Source: Desulfuromonadales bacterium (GTDB lineage: Bacteria > Desulfobacterota > Desulfuromonadia > Desulfuromonadales > JAGXHI01). Taken from it: a stretch of 64,000 bases of DNA. Where the stretch lies: assembly GCA_024636295.1 (NCBI GenBank), contig JAGXHI010000045.1, positions 12,637-76,636 of the forward strand. The letters run 5' to 3'. Made by a program: the position numbers and the translations under genes. The stretch's first letter is position 1. Every line of letters starts with the position of its first letter. The notes beneath the pieces are model-generated. The model was not told where the DNA came from. It searched no databases and saw only the letters and a list, made by a program, of their open reading frames with translations. Positions 20,545 to 30,027 of this stretch are shown in pieces.

Positions 20545-20570
20545 AAAAAGCCGGGCGTTTCCGCCCGGCT
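20545..20570 (-). terminator. Intrinsic terminator downstream of the PRC-barrel gene
   Basis: AGCCGGGCG-loop-CGCCCGGCT followed on the minus strand by a T tract. Confidence 0.75.
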
Positions 20571-20681
20571 GCGTTGTTTACGTTTTAGTCCTGTCGTTCC
20601 GTCCTGTTATTGTTTCTGCTGCTGGGGTTGCTGTTGTTGCTTCATCTGATTCTGCTGCTCCTGTTGTTTCATTTGCTCCTG

Positions 20682-21335
20682 CTATTTCTGTTGCTGCTGC
20701 CCTTCCCAATAAGGGGAGACGCCGTAGTATTGATGGATTTCACGTCCCTGGTTGCGATCGAGGGTTTTCTTCAGGTCCCCCTGGGGGGCTTGCTTCAGTT
20801 GATCCTTGGTGACATTGAGGACCAGAACGGGTCCCTGCTGCCCCGCCTGAGCCTGCTCCGTTGGTTGCATTTTCAATGCATTCCAGGGCACCACGACTTT
20901 TTCCCCGCCGATTCCCCAGAACCCGCCGGATGTGAGAACCACGTATGCGACCTGGCCTGCCTGGGTGTCAATGACGACCTTATCGATCGAGCCGACTTCC
21001 TCGCCTTGCTGGTTCTGGATTTTCATGCCTTGGATATCGTCAGAGTTTTGCAGCTGCTGAGCGTATTGATCCTGTTTCTGCTGCCCGGCGGCCATCTTCG
21101 GTTGCTCCTGTCCGGTTTGCTGCTGCTTTTGCTGCTGTTCCTGATCTGTCATCTGTTGTTTCTGGTCCTTCTTCTGGGAAAGTTCCTGCTTTTCCTCTTT
21201 GACATCCTGTTTTTCCTGTTGAAGAGTTTCCTGTTTTTCCTTTTTCTGATCCTCTTGGTGGGTTGCGGCAAAAAGATTAGGCGCAAGGGCCAGGCTGGCT
21301 GATAGTGCGACGGCTGTTAGCATATGCAGTTTCAT
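20682..21335 (-). CDS. Exported Gln-rich PRC-barrel domain protein; the frame continues past the TAG to a TAA at 20607
   Basis: Signal peptide; IQG..I.N.QGE.VG.I..V.ID...G.VAYVVL..GGF.GIG...V.VPW.AL PRC-barrel signature. Confidence 0.88.
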   Translation of the reverse strand: MKLHMLTAVALSASLALAPNLFAATHQEDQKKEKQETLQQEKQDVKEEKQELSQKKDQKQQMTDQEQQQKQQQTGQEQPKMAAGQQKQDQYAQQLQNSDDIQGMKIQNQQGEEVGSIDKVVIDTQAGQVAYVVLTSGGFWGIGGEKVVVPWNALKMQPTEQAQAGQQGPVLVLNVTKDQLKQAPQGDLKKTLDRNQGREIHQYYGVSPYWEGQQQQK

Positions 21336-21498
21336 CTTTTCATCTCCTTGATTTGCGTTAGAAATTTAAGTTCCGCCCTGTGTTTCTTATACAGGTTTAC
21401 CTCCATATCGCAGAAAGTCAAATCGGCCTGAAAAAATTTGCGGAGATGAAAATAGCTGTTTTTTAGAGGAATTTCTCTTTCGAGGTGAGCTCGCAGAA

Positions 21499-21747
21499 TC
21501 AGGGTGTCAGCACGATCTTGATTCCCTTTTTCTCACGGCTTTCGAACAGACGGTAAGCCCCTGGCGCTTCGTCGAGTTTCATATGGTGGGTGATGATCCG
21601 GGAAGGATCGATATCGCCTCGCTCGATTCTCTCCAGCAGAGGTTCGAAATAATTGTGAACGTGGGATTGCCCCATGCGTACGGTGAGCCCCTTGGCAAAG
21701 GCCGCCCCCACCGGAAATCCGGATTCGGGTGGGGTCTCTGGCCTCAT
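21499..21747 (-). pseudogene. C-terminal remnant of a zinc-dependent alcohol/formaldehyde dehydrogenase
   Basis: FPVGAAFAKGLTVRMGQSHV..Y..PLL.RIE.G.IDP..IITH...L..AP.AY..F...IKIVL.P is only the last ~70 aa of a protein family normally several times longer. Confidence 0.75.
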
Positions 21748-23318
21748 CGGGCATGAAGTGGCATCCTTTCTCGGGATTCAGGTCCTCCCTGCGGAGAAAG
21801 GGTCGAAGAGGCCGTACTGGTGTTGCTCCCGAAAAACACCATCGGCACCGGCCGGGAAGGTCCAGTCGCGGGCTTGAGCGCCATATCGGTATAATCCTTT
21901 TCAACTCTCTTCCTTTCCGGATGTGGAAAAGAGTTTATGTAAGCCGCCACATCCAGAGCCTCTTCTTCGGTGAGAGCCGGGCGCTGCCGGGGTGTTCCCA
22001 ATGGCATGTTGCTCCGGATAAAATCTGCAGCGAAAGAGATTTGATGCATCGGGGAGCCATTTTCATAACTTTCCGGACCCCGGAGCGGTGCAACGATCCG
22101 GCGTCCCGGCCCCATGTCGCCGCTGCTCCGATAACCTCCGCCGTCACTCGCATGGCAGCCCTGACAACGGACCCGATAAATCCGCTCTCCTTCCGCCGGC
22201 CAGGCCCTCAGGTCCGAAGACCGAACTCCTGCGATTGGGGGGGCGGACTGATTCCGAGCCGTTTCTCTGGTCTTGTCGGGTGGCGCTGTGCTGGTTCGCT
22301 CAATGTCGGACAGGGTGGTCAGAAACTGCAGAATGGCAAGAATCTCCTCGCCGCTCAACTCGATATGGAGTTGACGATCGCCCATCCGTTCGATCGCCTC
22401 AGGAAGGGTGGGAACTTTTCCATCGTAGAAATAAGGTGCGGTCAGCAGGATGTTGCGCAGTTGAGGGCCACGTAAAGTTTTCTGGCCGGAACCCTTCCCA
22501 GGTTTATTATTTCCTTCATTCACCTCTCCTTCACTGGCCGAACGAAAGGTCCCGCCCAGGAGCGGTCCGTCATGACACTGAACGCATTTCCTTTCGATGA
22601 AAATCCGAAGTCCCTCCTTCTCATTTTTCGTCAGGACCTCCTGTTGCCCCTGAAGGTAAAGGTCGAATCGGTCGTGCGTGGTCAGTGTCCGCAGGTAGGC
22701 TCCGATAGCCTGAATCGCGTTTTCCCGGGAAAATGGATTTTCCGCCTCTGGAAAAGCGCGACGGATAGCCCACGAATACAGTTTATTCTCCTCGAGAGGC
22801 TCTATGGAAAGGGACAAATGAAAATTCTCCACTTCCGGCACTTCAGGCGCATCGATAACTCCGTTTCGGCCGTCCTGGAAAAGGCCAGACTGGAAACCGG
22901 CATTCAAAACGGTCGGAGCGTTGAGGAGACCGGTAATGGTTTCCCGTCTCGTCGGAACGGGCAGGTTATCCGCACCCCCGCGCCTGAAATCAACAGGATG
23001 ACAGTTATTGCAGGATCGTCTTTCAGACGAAATTTCCGGAGAGAAGAAAAGAGCTTCTCCCAATCGCACCATCGCCGGCGAGTCTTGCTCGGCGCCAGGC
23101 ATTTCCTCAGGGAGAATAGCGAAGGACGTCCTGGCCCGTTCAAACAGCCGCTGCTCGGGATTCGATTCCGGTTCGGGGGGGGAGGCGGGTTGCTGGGCCG
23201 GCGATTCTGCTTCTTGTCGTGATGCGGGATCGGCCCGGTTGCCTGCGCAACCCGCGAACAATAGAGTGAGCATTGCAGATACTGCAATGCACGGCAAAGC
23301 ACTCCTCTTCCATTTCAA
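21744..23318 (-). CDS. Tri-heme cytochrome c lipoprotein: CcP/MauG-like di-heme domain fused to a TsdA-like C-terminal cytochrome domain
   Basis: Lipobox LFAGC; CNNCH, CVQCH, CQGCH; G..LFF, NAPTVLNA, P.LRNI..TAPYF; C-terminal PL.G..SY..G..M....A.FI..NMP.G...L..EEA.DVAAYINS.P.P. Confidence 0.8.
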   Translation of the reverse strand: MKWKRSALPCIAVSAMLTLLFAGCAGNRADPASRQEAESPAQQPASPPEPESNPEQRLFERARTSFAILPEEMPGAEQDSPAMVRLGEALFFSPEISSERRSCNNCHPVDFRRGGADNLPVPTRRETITGLLNAPTVLNAGFQSGLFQDGRNGVIDAPEVPEVENFHLSLSIEPLEENKLYSWAIRRAFPEAENPFSRENAIQAIGAYLRTLTTHDRFDLYLQGQQEVLTKNEKEGLRIFIERKCVQCHDGPLLGGTFRSASEGEVNEGNNKPGKGSGQKTLRGPQLRNILLTAPYFYDGKVPTLPEAIERMGDRQLHIELSGEEILAILQFLTTLSDIERTSTAPPDKTRETARNQSAPPIAGVRSSDLRAWPAEGERIYRVRCQGCHASDGGGYRSSGDMGPGRRIVAPLRGPESYENGSPMHQISFAADFIRSNMPLGTPRQRPALTEEEALDVAAYINSFPHPERKRVEKDYTDMALKPATGPSRPVPMVFFGSNTSTASSTLSPQGGPESRERMPLHAR

Positions 23319-23426
23319 GGCGGTCGCCTCCTTCCAATCTGAAATTTCCGGAAAGAAAAACTACCGGACACGCCGGACCTCTTCCACCTTTCTTTATGGC
23401 CAGTCCGTTCCTTGGCGGAATGAGGC

Positions 23427-23936
23427 TCAGGCGAGCTTTTTCATCGACTCTTCGATAAACGCCGGAATGTCCCCCGGATTTCGGCTGCTGACGAGATTCC
23501 CGTCCACGACCACTTCCTGATCCAGGAATTCTGCCCCGGCATTTTTGATATCCTGCTTCACGGATTTGTATCCGGTCATTCTGCGTCCTTTCACGACCTG
23601 TGCGGTGATCAGCAACTGGGCGGCATGGCAGATGGCGAATACGGGCTTGTCGCTCTTGACGAAATCGCCCGCAAAGCGCACCGCATCCTCGTGGATTCGG
23701 AGTTTGTCCGGGGAATAGCCGCCGGGGATCAGCAGTGCGTCGAAATCCGCTATTTTGGCTTCTCCGACAGACTTGTCGATCTTAACCGGCGTCTGGCTCT
23801 TTTTCCCCTGGACCGTCTGGCCAGCTTCGATCCCGATATGAATGAGCTCATGTCCTTTTTCCCTGAAGGCTTTCGCCGGCTCCGTATATTCCGAATCCTC
23901 GAAATCGTCCGTCAGGATGACTGCTATTCTGGCCAT
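23427..23936 (-). CDS. PfpI/DJ-1/YhbO family type-1 glutamine amidotransferase-like protein (glyoxalase/deglycase)
   Basis: FEDSE...P, FDALLIPGGYSPD.LR, AICHA nucleophile, VVVDGNLVSSR.P.D. Confidence 0.93.
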   Translation of the reverse strand: MARIAVILTDDFEDSEYTEPAKAFREKGHELIHIGIEAGQTVQGKKSQTPVKIDKSVGEAKIADFDALLIPGGYSPDKLRIHEDAVRFAGDFVKSDKPVFAICHAAQLLITAQVVKGRRMTGYKSVKQDIKNAGAEFLDQEVVVDGNLVSSRNPGDIPAFIEESMKKLA

Positions 23937-24131
23937 GAAGACTTTCTCCTTTTCGTTTGGCATTAAGATGAATTAATAAAGATTAGTCTATGGTGAGTTC
24001 TTTCTTTGTCAAGCGTGGAAGACAATCGACCAGGGAGTCCAGAAGTTCCAAATATCAACTTGTTTTTTAAATAAAAAAGATTAATATTCAGCTATTGAAA
24101 GCCTATGAAGGGGCTGAACTCCGGAGGGTGA

Positions 24132-25532
24132 ATGACCCTTTTTCTGCTGAGTTTGTCCATTTTTTTTCAGGTGCTTGCCACCATCCTTGCATTGCGATTG
24201 ATTCCACTCTCCCGAGGTCGCTTCGCCTGGATTCTCATAGCTGCTGCCTTTACCGTTCGTGGATTTCGGCTGATAGTCGAATTTTATCTGGTGGTTTTTC
24301 AGGACCTTCAAACGAACCTGATTGATGAAATATTCGCTCTCACGGTTTCCTCCCTGAGCGCGACCGGCGTCTTCTGTATCGCTCCAATTTTCAGAGCTTT
24401 CAGGAAGGCGGAGGAGGACAGGGAAAATCTTCTGCGAGAAATCGAACACCGTGCGGGAGAGCTGGATGCCACCATCCATTCCATTGCGGATGCATTGGTG
24501 ATATACGGTCCTGATGGGGAGGTTCTGCGGTTGAATCCCGCGGCCGAAAACCTTTTTTCGGATGCCTCTGACGACCGGAATCATTCGGTGGCGGAGCGGC
24601 TGGAAGGATTTCAGATGAGGACCCCCGAGGGTAGGACGATTCATCCCAAGGAGGGCCCCGCGCAGAGGGCTTTGAAAGGCGAGGCGACTTACGGAACGGT
24701 ACTTTCCATGCAGCGGATCGACGGGAAAACCATCTGGATCTCCACGAGCGCGGCGCCGATACGAAATTCGGGAGGAGATATCATGGGTGTCGTTGTAACT
24801 TTCACGGACATTACCCCATTGCGAGAGTTGCAGGCAGAGCTCGAAATCACTCTCCACACCATCTCCCACGATCTTCGTTCCCCTCTTACTGTTGTGCAGG
24901 GGCATACCGATCTTTTGTGGAAGCATGCAGCAAAAAAAGAAATCGATGGCGTTGTGTCCCTTCATCTGGAAGCGATTCGGGAGGCCTGCATCAGGATGAA
25001 TGGGATGATTCAGGATCTCGTGGAAACGGCACGGCTGAAGGGCACGGAAATCCAGCTTCGGCGCAGACCAGTGAATCTGCAGTCCTTTTTTTCCGAAATG
25101 CTCTCCCGGGTGCGGCTGGTACTGGAAATTGACCGGGTGAAAGCGGAATTTCCATCCGATCTTCCTCCGGTCAATGCCGATGTGGAGCGACTGGAGAGAA
25201 TATGGTTGAACCTCATCGCCAATGCCCTTAAATACTCTCATCCCGGCACGCCGGTGGAAGTCGAAGCGCGGGCCGAAGGCGAACAGGTGGTGATTTCAAT
25301 CAAGGATCGAGGATACGGAATTTCCCTGGAGGAGATGGAAAGTATATTCCAGCGGTTTTATCGTGCCAGGGAAGGCCGGATGAAAGAAGGAACCGGCCTC
25401 GGCCTTTATATCGCGAAAAAGCTGGTGGAGGCACACGGAGGCAGTATCGGGGTAAGGAATCGTCCGAAAGGGGGAAGTGTCTTTTTTTTCTCACTCCCCG
25501 TGGCCCGGGAGAAATCCCTTCCGGAAAAATAA
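24132..25532 (+). CDS. Membrane-bound PAS sensor histidine kinase (orphan)
   Basis: N-terminal TM helices, PAS domain, ISHDLRSPL H-box, NLIANALKYS, D.G.GI and GTGLGL boxes. Confidence 0.92.
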   Translation: MTLFLLSLSIFFQVLATILALRLIPLSRGRFAWILIAAAFTVRGFRLIVEFYLVVFQDLQTNLIDEIFALTVSSLSATGVFCIAPIFRAFRKAEEDRENLLREIEHRAGELDATIHSIADALVIYGPDGEVLRLNPAAENLFSDASDDRNHSVAERLEGFQMRTPEGRTIHPKEGPAQRALKGEATYGTVLSMQRIDGKTIWISTSAAPIRNSGGDIMGVVVTFTDITPLRELQAELEITLHTISHDLRSPLTVVQGHTDLLWKHAAKKEIDGVVSLHLEAIREACIRMNGMIQDLVETARLKGTEIQLRRRPVNLQSFFSEMLSRVRLVLEIDRVKAEFPSDLPPVNADVERLERIWLNLIANALKYSHPGTPVEVEARAEGEQVVISIKDRGYGISLEEMESIFQRFYRAREGRMKEGTGLGLYIAKKLVEAHGGSIGVRNRPKGGSVFFFSLPVAREKSLPEK

Positions 25533-25747
25533 TGAAGATATCCGGACAAAGTGGTGACACCGATTGAATATCAACGGGCCCTTATCAGGAAAAAACCTGC
25601 ATGAGAGGGGCTATCGATAGTCCCCCGGTCGCTGTTGAGAGCCTGCGGGGCTGTGTTATGCTGGGTGTGGAGGCGGGGTGATCGACAGATTCAGCCCATT
25701 CGATGATATTCCGTTCACCGGTTGAACTCCGGAGGAAGGAGAGCCAC

Positions 25748-26089
25748 ATGACGGAACAGTTTGCTTTCAATATCCATGCGGAACTCTACGAAAACAAAGA
25801 CGGTGAACTGGCCATCCGTTTTGCAGACGAAAAAGTATTCCGGGGCGTGGGAGGCGAGGAAGGAAGGCGTTTTCAGACAGATGTCATGAATCTGCTGCAG
25901 AAAGGGGAACGGCCGGAGCAATGGCGGGAAATGCCCCCCCATAAACTCCTGTATGCGGAAAGCTGGCATTGCATCAGCCGCCTTGGCTACATCGATGGAG
26001 ACGAGAGCAAGCCGGCCCTTGAACTGGAAGTGGAACAGGGGGAGATCGGGTACAGGGGAAAGGTATATCTCGCGGATATTCTGCACTAG
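25748..26089 (+). CDS. Hypothetical protein
   Basis: Strong GGAGGAAGGAG RBS, globular composition, no competing gene. Confidence 0.6.
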   Translation: MTEQFAFNIHAELYENKDGELAIRFADEKVFRGVGGEEGRRFQTDVMNLLQKGERPEQWREMPPHKLLYAESWHCISRLGYIDGDESKPALELEVEQGEIGYRGKVYLADILH

Positions 26090-26358
26090 ACTGGAGGACT
26101 TGCGTCATCTCTTTTCGTCATCTAAATTCATCGAGCATTCCCCAAAAATATTTCTCCAATAACCAATAATCGGTTTGGTAAAATTCCGGCCCCCCTTGAG
26201 CCTCGGGATCGGACGTGTTAACCTGAGTCAATTGCCGGACGGTCCGGGTTCGGGTGAATGGGAGCCTCTTTTCGCCGGACCGCCAACGGGGATACGCGAT
26301 CGATGGATCAGATCTGTTTCCCCGCAAAAACACATAATCTTAAGTGAAAGGTGGAAAA

Positions 26359-26787
26359 ATGGCACAGGCAAAACAGGGCGATACCGTGAAAGTCCATTAC
26401 ACAGGCAAGTTGCATGACGGAACGGTGTTCGACAGCTCCATTGAGAGGGAGCCCCTGGAATTCACCCTGGGCGAAGGAAACATCATCCCCGGCTTCGAAG
26501 AAGCGGTAGTGGGAATGAATTCCGGAGAAAAAAAGACGGTGAGAATCGATTCCGAAAAGGCTTATGGTCCGCGCCGACCCGAAATGGAGGTCGAAGTAGA
26601 CCGTCAGCAGTTCCCGGAGGATCTGGATCCTCAGGTCGGACAGAGGCTGCAGGTCAATCAGGATGCGGGTGGAACGATGATTGTTGCGGTCACGGATGTC
26701 TCGGATGAGAAGGTCACCCTGGACGCCAATCATCCTCTGGCTGGAGAGGACCTGACTTTCGAGATCAAAGTTCTCGAAGTCGGTTGA
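26359..26787 (+). CDS. FKBP-type peptidyl-prolyl isomerase (SlyD/FkpB-like)
   Basis: [35 protein letters not shown]. Confidence 0.95.
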   Translation: MAQAKQGDTVKVHYTGKLHDGTVFDSSIEREPLEFTLGEGNIIPGFEEAVVGMNSGEKKTVRIDSEKAYGPRRPEMEVEVDRQQFPEDLDPQVGQRLQVNQDAGGTMIVAVTDVSDEKVTLDANHPLAGEDLTFEIKVLEVG

Positions 26788-26812
26788 CCACCAGGTTTCA
26801 TACGTTTTTACC

Positions 26813-26840
26813 GCCTGCCCGATTCCGGGCAGGCTTTTTT
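26813..26840 (+). terminator. Intrinsic terminator
   Basis: GCCTGCCCG-attc-CGGGCAGGC followed by TTTTTT. Confidence 0.75.
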
Positions 26841-26843
26841 AAC

Positions 26844-27299
26844 TTATCTCCCGTATTTTCCCATGAGTTCGCCCTGTGCCAGAATATGATCCTCCATCTC
26901 CTGGAGGAGTTTCTTTTTCGTGGCGCCGGGTTCAAGATCCATCTCCCTGTCGAGGGCATAGATCCTGAAAAAGTAGCGGTGAGTTCCGCCCGGTAGACAG
27001 GGACCGCCGTATCCGATCTTGTTGAAATCGTTTTTCCCCTGGCGTGCACCATTGGGCAGTGTTTTATCGCGACGCATGTCCTCCGGGAGTTCACGGGTGT
27101 CGGGAGGAAGGTTGTAAATTACCCAGTGCACCCATGTTTTCCCTGGCGCATCGGGGTCATCCGCGATCAGGGCCAGACTGCGGGCGCCCTCGGGAACATC
27201 GCCCCAGGAGAGAGGGGGCGACACATCATCTCCGTCGCAGGTGTAATGAGCCGGAATCATTCCGCTGCGAAAGACGGGACTTGTGATTTCGATGGCCAT
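26844..27299 (-). CDS. YbhB/YbcL family PEBP (Raf kinase inhibitor-like) protein
   Basis: YTCDG.D.SPPL.W, DPDAP..TWVHW, GYGGPC.P.G.HRY.F..YALD. Confidence 0.93.
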   Translation of the reverse strand: MAIEITSPVFRSGMIPAHYTCDGDDVSPPLSWGDVPEGARSLALIADDPDAPGKTWVHWVIYNLPPDTRELPEDMRRDKTLPNGARQGKNDFNKIGYGGPCLPGGTHRYFFRIYALDREMDLEPGATKKKLLQEMEDHILAQGELMGKYGR

Positions 27300-27443
27300 T
27301 GGTCGAGCCTCCCGGATTTTGTAAATGAACTGTGATAAAAGTGAGGATCTTCTTCGCCTCCGGAGGATCAGAAGATCCGGTGAACCTTTATCCTGTCTCC
27401 TCGATTCTCCCGGACTTCGAGTATAGCAACTCTGGCAGCAATT

Positions 27444-28169
27444 TCAGTCATCGATGACCCGTTTTGAGTGTTCGAGATATTTCCATTCTTCGTTGATCCG
27501 GAAATATCCGGTGGTGAAAAATATGAGGACTTCCGGAAGATCATAGTAGCCGCCGATCGCTAGAATGAATTGGACCCGGTCTTCGGTCTCCGGCCGCATG
27601 GACGCCAGGATCGCCGGGCCCGAGGCATAGCTCATTGCGACGATTCCGGCTCGGCCTTCCGGAGTGAGCTCCGGGCGTTCTACAAGCCAGGCGAAGGCCT
27701 CGGCCACCTCCCGGATGTTGCCGCTGTGCACCCGCTGTTCGCGGAGACTCGGGATATCCGGGACGAGGACCGCGAAATGTGCGCGTGCCAGAGTTCGGGC
27801 GAAGGAGACCACTCGAGGGTCGTTTTTGCCCTTTGGGGCCGCGCCGGGAACGAGCAGAATCCCCGCCTTCACCCCTTCTCCCGGGAAATAGATATCTGCG
27901 AAGTAATTTTTTTCGCCCGAGACGAAAGGAACCTCCTGGCGCAGCGGCTCGGGTGTTCTTTTTTTCAACAGGCTCGCCTCGTCTTCCGCCGCAATATCCG
28001 CCAGCACCAGGAGCGATTCCCAGGCTCTTCCCGGCGAGCAGGCCGACAGCATCAGGAAAACAGGAAAGAGAACCGTTGCAACCGCGATTTTCCCTGGCAT
28101 GAAATCAGTATACCAGCCCGGATCAGGGAAGGGTGAACTCCTCCTTTCCGGGGTTTTTCTATTTTTCAT
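27444..28169 (-). pseudogene. Probably 3'-truncated alpha/beta-hydrolase-fold lipoprotein; start uncertain
   Basis: Lipobox-like LSAC, LVPGA...G..DPR, nucleophile-elbow-like AMSYASG; ends soon afterwards with no recognisable C-terminal His region. Confidence 0.55.
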
Positions 28170-28258
28170 TTGACCCCACCGGCTCCAGTTGATAATTCTG
28201 ACGATCAATTGATGGAAAAGATCCGGAGGTTTGGCCGCGAGTTCAGGGGAGAATGGAC

Positions 28259-28510
28259 ATGAGATGGATTCTGCAGATCATCGTGCTGCTTCTGTTACTG
28301 TTACTCCTGGCCGTTACGAATCCCGGCGCGGAAGTTCACCAGGAAGCGATCGGCCAAAAAATCGGCAAAAAACACGGCGCCCTGGGGAAGATCGGAGGAG
28401 AGATGTACTCCAGCCTCTTTACCTATAAGGATTATGTTTTTTTCTCTCTGACCCGGTTCGATGGGGAAATTCGGAGTGTTGGCGCTCTGGGTTTTGTTGT
28501 TCCCTTCTGA
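28259..28510 (+). CDS. Small membrane-anchored/exported hypothetical protein
   Basis: Hydrophobic N-terminus then TNP...H...I, Y.DY.FFS.T, G.LG.V; GGGGAGA RBS. Confidence 0.65.
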   Translation: MRWILQIIVLLLLLLLLAVTNPGAEVHQEAIGQKIGKKHGALGKIGGEMYSSLFTYKDYVFFSLTRFDGEIRSVGALGFVVPF

Positions 28511-28675
28511 AGCGGATCAGGCAATCCCAGGATTTCTTCGATGGCATCCCGTCACAGGAATCCTTCGGCAAGATTTCCCATCGACCCGTTATACTCTCAA
28601 GAGGAAGACGAACGGATCGGGCGACCGATATATCCTGGGCCCGCTTCCACACGAGAAGACTGACTGCAATAAAAA

Positions 28676-29149
28676 ATGGATGAATATATTATCGTCGCCA
28701 TGACGCGGAATCGGGTCATCGGCAAAGAAACCGCCATGCCGTGGCACATTCCCGAGGAACTGAAGCTCTTCAAAAAACTGACCCTGGGCAACACGGTGGT
28801 CATGGGGCGAAAAACATTCCTCTCCATAGGTCGCCCCCTGCCACAGAGACACAACATCGTGGTCAGCGCCTCCCTCTCCGGCGGCGAAGGATACGAAGTT
28901 TGCAGGACCCTGGATTCGGCGATGGCGCGGGCGAGGGATTACCGACGGGATATCTTCTATCTCGGCGGGGTCGGTATTTTCGAGGCCGTCCTGCACCGTG
29001 CGGGGTATATGCATGTTTCATGGATCAAGGAGGATTATGCCGGTGATCTTTATTTTCCGGAATTCGACGAAAGCGCCTGGGCGTTGTTGAGCAGCCGGGA
29101 TTTCCGCGAATTCAGCCACGCGCTCTATCGGAACCTGAACCCCACCTGA
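28676..29149 (+). CDS. folA: Dihydrofolate reductase
   Basis: IVAM..NRVIG....MPW.IPEEL..FK, VMGRKTF.SIGRPLP.R.NIV, GG..I, GD.YFP. Confidence 0.93.
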   Translation: MDEYIIVAMTRNRVIGKETAMPWHIPEELKLFKKLTLGNTVVMGRKTFLSIGRPLPQRHNIVVSASLSGGEGYEVCRTLDSAMARARDYRRDIFYLGGVGIFEAVLHRAGYMHVSWIKEDYAGDLYFPEFDESAWALLSSRDFREFSHALYRNLNPT

Positions 29150-29160
29150 GCGGAGCAACG

Positions 29161-30027
29161 ATGCATCCGAAACCAGTACTTATCATTCACGGCGGGGCCG
29201 GCCGCATCGAGGAAGGCGGAATCGATCTGCTCGAGTACCGGAAGTCACTCGGTGAGATCGTCAGAGCGGGGTACAACCGATTGCAGAAAGAGGGCGCCCG
29301 CGCGGCGGTTCTTCATGTCGTTCGCCTCATGGAATCGGACGAGCGCTTCAATGCCGGCCACGGCGCTCGTCTTCAGCAGGACGGAAGGGCCCGTCTTTCG
29401 GCATCTCTGATGGATTCGTGCTCAGGCCGTTTTTCCGGAGTCATCAACGTGGAGAATGTTGAACATCCGATACTGCTGGCGGCGCTTCTCTCCCATGAAA
29501 ATAACCGGGTGCTCGCCGGCGCCGAGGCGACCGCCTTCGCGCGCCGCCAGGGGATGAATTATTTCAATCCGGTGACGCCGGTGCGGCAGACGGAATATCG
29601 CCGGCGCCTGACAGCCGAACATGGAACCGTCGGGGCGGTGGCTCTGGACAAAACGGGTGTGATCTGTGCGGGAACTTCCACCGGGGGGACGGGGTACGAA
29701 ATGGCCGGTCGGGTCAGCGACAGCCCCACGGTGGCCGGAAATTACGCCTCGGCCGAGGCGGGGATCTCCTGCACCGGAATCGGAGAGCAGATCGTGGATA
29801 TGGCTGCCGCGGCCCAAGCGGTCGCAAGAATTGAAGAAGGACGGGATGTGGCGGAGGCCGTGAGAAAGACGATAGCGGAAGGAATCGTTCGGGGATATCG
29901 CTTCGGAATGATCGCTCTCGATCGACAGGGACGCACCGCCATCGGCGAAACACCTGGAGTGCGGGTGACCTGGGCCCGATGCGACGGGGAGAAACCAGAG
30001 CTCTTTTCCATTGGGGCAGAAGAATGA
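29161..30027 (+). CDS. Isoaspartyl peptidase / L-asparaginase (Ntn hydrolase)
   Basis: IIHGGAG, FNAG.G, GTVGAVALD autocleavage site, TSTGG, GRVSDSP, SCTG.GE. Confidence 0.92.
   Translation: MHPKPVLIIHGGAGRIEEGGIDLLEYRKSLGEIVRAGYNRLQKEGARAAVLHVVRLMESDERFNAGHGARLQQDGRARLSASLMDSCSGRFSGVINVENVEHPILLAALLSHENNRVLAGAEATAFARRQGMNYFNPVTPVRQTEYRRRLTAEHGTVGAVALDKTGVICAGTSTGGTGYEMAGRVSDSPTVAGNYASAEAGISCTGIGEQIVDMAAAAQAVARIEEGRDVAEAVRKTIAEGIVRGYRFGMIALDRQGRTAIGETPGVRVTWARCDGEKPELFSIGAEE

Noticed and set aside
20682-20684. Genome-wide TAG recoding or pyrrolysine use
   Set aside because: Conserved genes here (nadK, fusA, narG) end at TAG at their expected C-termini and no pyl genes are in the window
20610-21302. 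Leu-rich 230-aa membrane-like ORF on the plus strand
   Set aside because: It is the reverse complement of the CAG/CAA-rich PRC-barrel gene; the Leu runs come from CTG/TTG
25606-25625. Palindrome GGGGCTATCGATAGTCCCC
   Set aside because: Single copy with no T tract or promoter context; cannot be told from chance
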